Assembly: GCA_964057225.1 (NCBI GenBank)
Contig: OZ059898.1
Location: 1,612,001-1,676,000 of the forward strand
Source of the DNA: Auanema rhodensis
Taxonomy: Eukaryota; Animalia; Nematoda
Reading direction: 5' to 3'
Length of the DNA stretch: 64,000 bases
The notes beneath the pieces were generated by a model that saw only the letters and a program-made list of their open reading frames with translations, made no database searches and had not been told where the DNA came from. Below, piece after piece: positions 1 through 9,828 of this stretch. Position 1 is the first letter of the stretch; every line of letters starts with the position of its first letter. The position numbers and the translations under genes were made by a program.

Positions 1-88
1 AACATACACTAATGCATCATTTTTCAAACGATCATAACTAATTTTTGTATTAAGCGTTTCTCAATGTAGTATAGTGCATTCGATGCGG

Positions 89-139
89 ATTTTTAAGCTG
101 CGTCGATCTGTGTTATCAGATTTGCGCTAGCTTAAAAAT
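89..139. other. Long imperfect inverted repeat within every monomer
   Basis: ATTTTTAAGCT (89-99) is the exact reverse complement of AGCTTAAAAAT (129-139). Inner pairs are GCG/CGC (100-102/125-127) and ATCTG/CAGAT (106-110/117-121). Confidence 0.9.
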
Positions 140-156
140 GCACCGAGATATCAACT

Positions 157-178
157 GATATAAGTTCACACTTATATC
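157..178. other. Perfect 9-bp inverted repeat with 4-nt spacer within the monomer
   Basis: GATATAAGT-tcac-ACTTATATC. Confidence 0.92.
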
Positions 179-280
179 CTCGATTTTCACCCTGAAGAAT
201 TAATTTTTTCGTTGAATAACATTGTCCATCGTTTTTGCCTTGAAAAAAGGAATCTAAAAACATCTACTTTTTGCTAAATT

Positions 281-315
281 ATTTTGAAATTTTTCGAAAA
301 AATTTTTGTCAAAAT
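281..315. other. A/T-tract palindrome within the monomer
   Basis: TTTTTCGAAAAA (290-301) is a perfect 12-bp palindrome, flanked by ATTTTGA (281-287) and TCAAAAT (309-315). Confidence 0.85.
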
Positions 316-328
316 GTTTTTGGAAGCA

Positions 329-356
329 ATGTTGAGTGTACATGGAAACTCAACAT
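329..356. other. Perfect 9-bp inverted repeat with 10-nt spacer within the repeat unit
   Basis: ATGTTGAGT-gtacatggaa-ACTCAACAT. Confidence 0.92.
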
Positions 357-702
357 ACACTAATGCATCATTTTTCAAACGATCATAACTAATTTTTGTA
401 TTAAGCGTTTCTCAATGTAGTATAGTGCATTCGATGCGGATTTTTAAGCTGCGTCGATCTGTGTTATCAGATTTGCGCTAGCTTAAAAATGCACCGAGAT
501 ATCAACTGATATAAGTTCACACTTATATCCTCGATTTTCACCCTGAAGAATTAATTTTTTCGTTGAATAACATTGTCCATCGTTTTTGCCTTGAAAAAAG
601 GAATCTAAAAACATCTACTTTTTGCTAAATTATTTTGAAATTTTTCGAAAAAATTTTTGTCAAAATGTTTTTGGAAGCAATGTTGAGTGTACATGGAAAC
701 TC

Positions 703-1053
703 AACATACACTAATGCATCATTTTTCAAACGATCATAACTAATTTTTGTATTAAGCGTTTCTCAATGTAGTATAGTGCATTCGATGCGGATTTTTAAGC
801 TGCGTCGATCTGTGTTATCAGATTTGCGCTAGCTTAAAAATGCACCGAGATATCAACTGATATAAGTTCACACTTATATCCTCGATTTTCACCCTGAAGA
901 TTTAATTTTTTCGTTGAATAACATTGTCCATCGTCTTTGCCTTGAAAAATGGAATCTAAAAACATCTACTTTTTGCTAAATTATTTTGAAATTTTTCGAA
1001 AAAATTTTTGTCAAAATGTTTTTGGAAGCAATGTTGAGTGTACATGGAAACTC
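703..1053. repeat. Representative monomer of haplotype B (T199-C233-T248)
   Basis: GAAGATTTAA / CGTCTTTG / GAAAAATGG replace GAAGAATTAA / CGTTTTTG / GAAAAAAGG. The three changes co-occur in dozens of copies. Confidence 0.95.
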
Positions 1054-4000
1054 AACATACACTAATGCATCATTTTTCAAACGATCATAACTAATTTTTG
1101 TATTAAGCGTTTCTCAATGTAGTATAGTGCATTCGATGCGGATTTTTAAGCTGCGTCGATCTGTGTTATCAGATTTGCGCTAGCTTAAAAATGCACCGAG
1201 ATATCAACAGATATAAGTTCACACTTATATCCTCGATTTTCACCCTGAAGATTTAATTTTTTCGTTGAATAACATTGTCCATCGTCTTTGCCTTGAAAAA
1301 TGGAATCTAAAAACATCTACTTTTTGCTAAATTATTTTGAAATTTTTCGAAAAAATTTTTGTCAAAATGTTTTTGGAAGCAATGTTGAGGGTACATGGAA
1401 ACTCAACATACACTAATGCATCATTTTTCAAACGATCATAACTAATTTTTGTATTAAGCGTTTCTCAATGTAGTATAGTGCATTCGATGCGGATTTTTAA
1501 GCTGCGTCGATCTGTGTTATCAGATTTGCGCTAGCTTAAAAATACACCGAGATATCAACTGATATAAGTTCACACTTATATCCTCGATTTTCACCCTGAA
1601 GAATTAATTTTTTCGTTGAATAACATTGTCCATCGTTTTTGCCTTGAAAAAAGGAATCTAAAAACATCTACTTTTTGCTAAATTATTTTGAAATTTTTCG
1701 AAAAAATTTTTGTCAAAATGTTTTTGGAAGCAATGTTGAGTGTACATGGAAACTCAACATACACTAATGCATCATTTTTCAAACGATCATAACTAATTTT
1801 TGTATTAAGCGTTTCTCAATGTAGTATAGTGCATTCGATGCGGATTTTTAAGCTGCGTCGATCTGTGTTATCAGATTTGCGCTAGCTTAAAAATGCACCG
1901 AGATATCAACTGATATAAGTTCACACTTATATCCTCGATTTTCACCCTGAAGAATTAATTTTTTCGTTGAATAACATTGTCCATCGTTTTTGCCTTGAAA
2001 AAAGGAATCTAAAAACATCTACTTTTTGCTAAATTATTTTGAAATTTTTCGAAAAAAATTTTGTCAAAATGTTTTTGGAAGCAATGTTGAGTGTACATGG
2101 AAACTCAACATACACTAATGCATCATTTTTCAAACGATCATAACTAATTTTTGTATTAAGCGTTTCTCAATGTAGTATAGTGCATTCGATGTGGATTTTT
2201 AAGCTGCGTCGATCTGTGTTATCAGATTTGCGCTAGCTTAAAAATGCACCGAGATATCAACTGATATAAGTTCACACTTATATCCTCGATTTTCACCCTG
2301 AAGAATTAATTTTTTCGTTGAATAACATTGTCCATCGTTTTTGCCTTGAAAAAATGAATCTAAAAACATCTACTTTTTGCTAAATTATTCTGAAATTTTT
2401 CGAAAAAATTTTTGTCAAAATGTTTTTGGAAGCAATGTTGAGTGTACATGGAAACTCAACATACACTAATGCATCATTTTTCAAACGATCATAACTAATT
2501 TTTGTATTAAGCGTTTCTCAATGTAGTATAGTGCATTCGATGCGGATTTTTAAGCTGCGTCGATCTGTGTTATCAGATTTGCGCTAGCTTAAAAATGCAC
2601 CGAGATATCAACTGATATAAGTTCACACTTATATCCTCGATTTTCACCCTGAAGATTTAATTTTTTCGTTGAATAACATTGTCCATCGTCTTTGCCTTGA
2701 AAAATGGAATCTAAAAACATCTACTTTTTGCTAAATTATTTTGAAATTTTTCGAAAAAATTTTTGTCAAAATGTTTTTGGAAGCAATGTTGAGTGTACAT
2801 GGATACTCAACATACACTAATGCATCATTTTTCAAACGATCATAACTAATTTTTGTATTAAGCGTTTCTCAATGTAGTATAGTGCATTCGATGCGGATTT
2901 TTAAGCTGCGTCGATCTGTGTTATCAGATTTGCGCTAGCTTAAAAATGCACCGAGATATCAACTGATATAAGTTCACACTTATATCCTCGATTTTCACCC
3001 TGAAGAATTAATTTTTTCGTTGAATAACATTGTCCATCGTCTTTGCCTTGAAAAAAGGAATCTAAAAACATCTACTTTTTGCTAAATTATTTTGAAATTT
3101 TTCGAAAAAATTTTTGTCAAAATGTTTTTGGAAGCAATGTTGAGTGTACATGGAAACTCAACATACACTAATGCATCATTTTTCAAACGATCATAACTAA
3201 TTTTTGTATTAAGCGTTTCTCAATGTAGTATAGTGCATTCGATGCGGATTTTTAAGCTGCGTCGATCTGTGTTATCAGATTTGCGCTAGCTTAAAAATGC
3301 ACCGAGATATCAACTGATATAAGTTCACACTTATATCCTCGATTTTCACCCTGAAGATTTAATTTTTTCGTTGAATAACATTGTCCATCGTCTTTGCCTT
3401 GAAAAATGGAATCTAAAAACATCTACTTTTTGTTAAATTATTTTGAAATTTTTCGAAAAAATTTTTGTCAAAATGTTTTTGGAAGCAATGTTGAGTGTAC
3501 ATGGAAACTCAACATACACTAATGCATCATTTTTCAAACGATCATAACTAATTTTTGTATTAAGCGTTTCTCAATGTAGTATAGTGCATTCGATGCGGAT
3601 TTTTAAGCTGCGTCGATCTGTGTTATCAGATTTGCGCTAGCTTAAAAATGCACCGAGATATCAACTGATATAAGTTCACACTTATATCCTCGATTTTCAC
3701 CCTGAAGATTTAATTTTTTCGTTGAATAACATTGTCCATCGTCTTTGCCTTGAAAAATGGAATCTAAAAACATCTACTTTTTGTTAAATTATTTTGAAAT
3801 TTTTCGAAAAAATTTTTGTCAAAATGTTTTTGGAAGCAATGTTGAGTGTACATGGAAACTCAACATACACTAATGCATCATTTTTCAAACGATCATAACT
3901 AATTTTTGTATTAAGCGTTTCTCAATGTAGTATAGTGCATTCGATGCGGATTTTTAAGCTGCGTCGATCTGTGTTATCAGATTTGCGCTAGCTTAAAAAT

Positions 4001-7000
4001 GCACCGAGATATCAACTGATATAAGTTCACACTTATATCCTCGATTTTCACCCTGAAGATTTAATTTTTTCGTTGAATAACATTGTCCATCGTCTTCGCC
4101 TTGAAAAATGGAATCTAAAAACATCTACTTTTTGCTAAATTATTTTGAAATTTTTCGAAAAAATTTTTGTCAAAATGTTTTTGGAAGCAATGTTGAGTGT
4201 ACATGGAAACTCAACATACACTAATGCATCATTTTTCAAACGATCATAACTAATTTTTGTATTAAGCGTTTCTCAATGTAGTATAGTGCATTCGATGCGG
4301 ATTTTTAAGCTGCGTCGATCTGTGTTATCAGATTTGCGCTAGCTTAAAAATGCACCGAGATATCAACTGATATAAGTTCACACTTATATCCTCGATTTTC
4401 ACCCTGAAGAATTAATTTTTTCGTTGAATAACATTGTCCATCGTTTTTGCCTTGAAAAAAGGAATCTAAAAACATCTACTTTTTGCTAAATTATTTTGAA
4501 ATTTTTCGAAAAAATTTTTGTCAAAATGTTTTTGGAAGCAATGTTGAGTGTACATGGAAACTCAACATACACTAATGCATCATTTTTCAAACGATCATAA
4601 CTAATTTTTGTATTAAGCGTTTCTCAATGTAGTATAGTGCATTCGATGCGGATTTTTAAGCTGCGTCGATCTGTGTTATCAGATTTGCGCTAGCTTAAAA
4701 ATGCACCGAGATATCAACTGATATAAGTTCACACTTATATCCTCGATTTTCACCCTGAAGAATTAATTTTTTCGTTGAATAACATTGTCCATCGTTTTTG
4801 CCTTGAAAAAAGGAATCTAAAAACATCTACTTTTTGCTAAATTATTTTGAAATTTTTCGAAAAAATTTTTGTCAAAATGTTTTTGGAAGCAATGTTGAGT
4901 GTACATGGAAACTCAACATACACTAATGCATCATTTTTCAAACGATCATAACTAATTTTTGTATTAAGCGTTTCTCAATGTAGTATAGTGCATTCGATGC
5001 GGATTTTTAAGCTGCGTCGATCTGTGTTATCAGATTTGCGCTAGCTTAAAAATGCACCGAGATATCAACTGATATAAGTTCACACTTATATCCTCGATTT
5101 TCACCCTGAAGAATTAATTTTTTCGTTGAATAACATTGTCCATCGTTTTTGCCTTGAAAAAAGGAATCTAAAAACATCTACTTTTTGCTAAATTATTTTG
5201 AAATTTTTCGAAAAAATTTTTGTCAAAATGTTTTTGGAAGCAATGTTGAGTGTACATGGAAACTCAACATACACTAATGCATCATTTTTCAAACGATCAT
5301 AACTAATTTTTGTATTAAGCGTTTCTCAATGTAGTATAGTGCATTCGATGCGGATTTTTAAGCTGCGTCGATCTGTGTTATCAGATTTGCGCTAGCTTAA
5401 AAATGCACCGAGATATCAACTGATATAAGTTCACACTTATATCCTCGATTTTCACCCTGAAGATTTAATTTTTTCGTTGAATAACATTGTCCATCGTCTT
5501 TGCCTTGAAAAATGGAATCTAAAAACATCTACTTTTTGCTAAATTATTTTGAAATTTTTCGAAAAAATTTTTGTCAAAATGTTTTTGGAAGCAATGTTGA
5601 GTGTACATGGAAACTCAACATACACTAATGCATCATTTTTCAAACGATCATAACTAATTTTTGTATTAAGCGTTTCTCAATGTAGTATAGTGCATTCGAT
5701 GCGGATTTTTAAGCTGCGTCGATCTGTGTTATCAGATTTGCGCTAGCTTAAAAATGCACCGAGATATCAACAGATATAAGTTCACACTTATATCCTCGAT
5801 TTTCACCCTGAAGATTTAATTTTTTCGTTGAATAACATTGTCCATCGTCTTTGCCTTGAAAAATGGAATCTAAAAACATCTACTTTTTGCTAAATTATTT
5901 TGAAATTTTTCGAAAAAATTTTTGTCAAAATGTTTTTGGAAGCAATGTTGAGGGTACATGGAAACTCAACATACACTAATGCATCATTTTTCAAACGATC
6001 ATAACTAATTTTTGTATTAAGCGTTTCTCAATGTAGTATAGTGCATTCGATGCGGATTTTTAAGCTGCGTCGATCTGTGTTATCAGATTTGCGCTAGCTT
6101 AAAAATGCACCGAGATATCAACTGATATAAGTTCACACTTATATCCTCGATTTTCACCCTGAAGATTTAATTTTTTCGTTGAATAACATTGTCCATCGTC
6201 TTTGCCTTGAAAAATGGAATCTAAAAACATCTACTTTTTGCTAAATTATTTTGAAATTTTTCGAAAAAATTTTTGTCAAAATGTTTTTGGAAGCAATGTT
6301 GAGTGTACATGGAAACTCAACATACACTAATGCATCATTTTTCAAACGATCATAACTAATTTTTGTATTAAGCGTTTCTCAATGTAGTATAGTGCATTCG
6401 ATGCGGATTTTTAAGCTGCGTCGATCTGTGTTATCAGATTTGCGCTAGCTTAAAAATGCACCGAGATATCAACTGATATAAGTTCACACTTATATCCTCG
6501 ATTTTCACCCTGAAGATTTAATTTTTTCGTTGAATAACATTGTCCATCGTCTTTGCCTTGAAAAATGGAATCTAAAAACATCTACTTTTTGCTAAATTAT
6601 TTTGAAATTTTTCGAAAAAATTTTTGTCAAAATGTTTTTGGAAGCAATGTTGAGTGTACATGGAAACTCAACATACACTAATGCATCATTTTTCAAACGA
6701 TCATAACTAATTTTTGTATTAAGCGTTTCTCAATGTAGTATAGTGCATTCGATGCGGATTTTTAAGCTGCGTCGATCTGTGTTATCAGATTTGCGCTAGC
6801 TTAAAAATGCACCGAGATATCAACTGATATAAGTTCACACATATATCCTCGATTTTCACCCTGAAGAATTAATTTTTTTGTTGAATAACATTGTCCATCG
6901 TCTTTGCCTTGAAAAAAGGAATCTAAAAACATCTACTTTTTGCTAAATTATTTTGAAATTTTTCGAAAAAATTTTTGTCAAAATGTTTTTGGAAGCAATG

Positions 7001-9828
7001 TTGAGTGTACATGGAAACTCAACATACACTAATGCATCATTTTTCAAACGATCATAACTAATTTTTGTATTAAGCGTTTCTCAATGTAGTATAGTGCATT
7101 CGATGCGGATTTTTAAGCTGCGTCGATCTGTGTTATCAGATTTGCGCTAGCTTAAAAATGCACCGAGATATCAACTGATATAAGTTCACACATATATCCT
7201 CAATTTTCACCCTGAAGAATTAATTTTTTTGTTGAATAACATTGTCCATCGTCTTTGCCTTGAAAAAAGGAATCTAAAAACATCTACTTTTTGCTAAATT
7301 ATTTTGAAATTTTTCGAAAAAATTTTTGTCAAAATGTTTTTGGAAGCAATGTTGAGTGTACATGGAAACTCAACATACACTAATGCATCATTTTTCAAAC
7401 GATCATAACTAATTTTTGTATTAAGCGTTTCTCAATGTATTATAGTGCATTCGATGCGGATTTTTAAGCTGCGTCGATCTGTGTTATCAGATTTGCGCTA
7501 GCTTAAAAATGCACCGTGAAATCAACTGATATAAGTTCACACTTATATCCTCGATTTTCACCCTGAAGAATTAATTTTTTCGTTGAATAACATTGTCCAT
7601 CGTCTTTGCCTTGAAAAAAGGAATCTAAAAACATCTACTTTTTGCTAAATTATTTTGAAATTTTTCGAAAAAATTTTTGTCAAAATGTTTTTGGAAGCAA
7701 TGTTGAGTGTACATGGAAACTCAACATACACTAATGCATCATTTTTCAAACGATCATAACTAATTTTTGTATTAAGCGTTTCTCAATGTAGTATAGTGCA
7801 TTCGATGCGGATTTTTAAGCTGCGTCGATCTGTGTTATCAGATTTGCGCTAGCTTAAAAATGCACCGAGATATCAACTGATATAAGTTCACACTTATATC
7901 CTCGATTTTCACCCTGAAGATTTAATTTTTTCGTTGAATAACATTGTCCATCGTCTTTGCCTTGAAAAATGGAATCTAAAAACATCTACTTTTTGCTAAA
8001 TTATTTTGAAATTTTTCGAAAAAATTTTTGTCAAAATGTTTTTGGAAGCAATGTTGAGTGTACATGGAAACTCAACATACACTAATGCATCATTTTTCAA
8101 ACGATCATAACTAATTTTTGTATTAAGCGTTTCTCAATGTAGTATAGTGCATTCGATGCGGATTTTTAAGCTGCGTCGATCTGTGTTATCAGATTTGCGC
8201 TAGCTTAAAAATGCACCGAGATATCAACTGATATAAGTTCACACTTATATCCTCGATTTTCACCCTGAAGAATTAATTTTTTCGTTGAATAACATTGTCC
8301 ATCGTTTTTGCCTTGAAAAAAGGAATCTAAAAACATCTACTTTTTGCTAAATTATTTTGAAATTTTTCGAAAAAATTTTTGTCAAAATGTTTTTGGAAGC
8401 AATGTTGAGTGTACATGGAAACTCAACATACACTAATGCATCATTTTTCAAACGATCATAACTAATTTTTGTATTAAGCGTTTCTCAATGTAGTATAGTG
8501 CATTCGATGCGGATTTTTAAGCTGCGTCGATCTGTGTTATCAGATTTGCGCTAGCTTAAAAATGCACCGAGATATCAACTGATATAAGTTCACACTTATA
8601 TCCTCGATTTTGACCCTGAAGAATTAATTTTTTCGTTGAATAACATTGTCCATCGTTTTCGCCTTGAAAAAAGGAATCTAAAAACATCTACTTTTTGCTA
8701 AATTATTTTGAAATTTTTCGAAAAAATTTTTGTCAAAATGTTTTTGGAAGCAATGTTGAGTGTACATGGAAACTCAACATACACTAATGCATCATTTTTC
8801 AAACGATCATAACTAATTTTTGTATTAAGCGTTTCTCAATGTAGTATAGTGCATTCGATGCGGATTTTTAAGCTGCGTCGATCTGTGTTATCAGATTTGC
8901 GCTAGCTTAAAAATGCACCGTGAAATCAACTGATATAAGTTCACACTTATATCCTCGATTTTCACCCTGAAGAATTAAATTTTTCGTTGAATAACATTGT
9001 CCATCGTCTTTGCCTTGAAAAAAGGAATCTAAAAACATCTACTTTCTGCTAAATTATTTTGAAATTTTTCGAAAAAATTTTTGTCAAAATGTTTTTGGAA
9101 GCAATGTTGAGTGTACATGGAAACTCAACATACACTAATGCATCATTTTTCAAACGATCATAACTAATTTTTGTATTAAGCGTTTCTCAATGTAGTATAG
9201 TGCATTCGATGCGGATTTTTAAGCTGCGTCGATCTGTGTTATCAGATTTGCGCTAGCTTAAAAATGCACCGAGATATCAACTGATATAAGTTCACACTTA
9301 TATCCTCGATTTTCACCCTGAAGATTTAATTTTTTCGTTGAATAACATTGTCCATCGTCTTTGCCTTGAAAAATGGAATCTAAAAACATCTACTTTTTGC
9401 TAAATTATTTTGAAATTTTTCGAAAAAATTTTTGTCAAAATGTTTTTGGAAGCAATGTTGAGTGTACATGGAAACTCAACATACACTAATGCATCATTTT
9501 TCAAACGATCATAACTAATTTTTGTATTAAGCGTTTCTCAATGTAGTATAGTGCATTCGATGCGGATTTTTAAGCTGCGTCGATCTGTGTTATCAGATTT
9601 GCGCTAGCTTAAAAATGCACCGAGATATCAACTGATATAAGTTCACACTTATATCCTCGATTTTCACCCTGAAGATTTAATTTTTTCGTTGAATAACATT
9701 GTCCATCGTCTTTGCCTTGAAAAATGGAATCTAAAAACATCTACTTTTTGCTAAATTATTTTGAAATTTTTCGAAAAAATTTTTGTCAAAATGTTTTTGG
9801 AAGCAATGTTGAGTGTACATGGAAACTC

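Larger units (their letters stand above)
1..351. repeat. Representative monomer (haplotype A: A199-T233-A248)
   Basis: Hand count gives 109/351 G+C (31%), many A/T runs of 4-6 nt and 12 CpG. The monomer start is arbitrary (window start). Confidence 0.97.

Noticed and set aside
157-209. Rho-independent terminator or bacterial promoter motifs
   Set aside because: The stems are AT-rich without an adjacent U-tract, there are no genes, and the context is satellite DNA.
207-223. CENP-B box resemblance (TTTCGTTGAATAACATT vs CTTCGTTGGAAACGGGA)
   Set aside because: TTCG and the central A match, but the essential CGGG is absent.
1-351. Tandem RNA gene cluster (5S rRNA, tRNA, snRNA, spliced leader)
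   Set aside because: No recognisable 5S, tRNA cloverleaf, A/B box or SL sequence. An Infernal/Rfam scan would be the definitive test.
1-351. Monomer as a diverged dimer of ~175-bp subunits
   Set aside because: No convincing direct similarity between the two halves by eye.
329-356. CRISPR-like palindromic repeat (28-bp hairpin recurring regularly)
   Set aside because: The intervening sequences are ~320 bp and identical rather than unique spacers, and there are no cas genes or leader.
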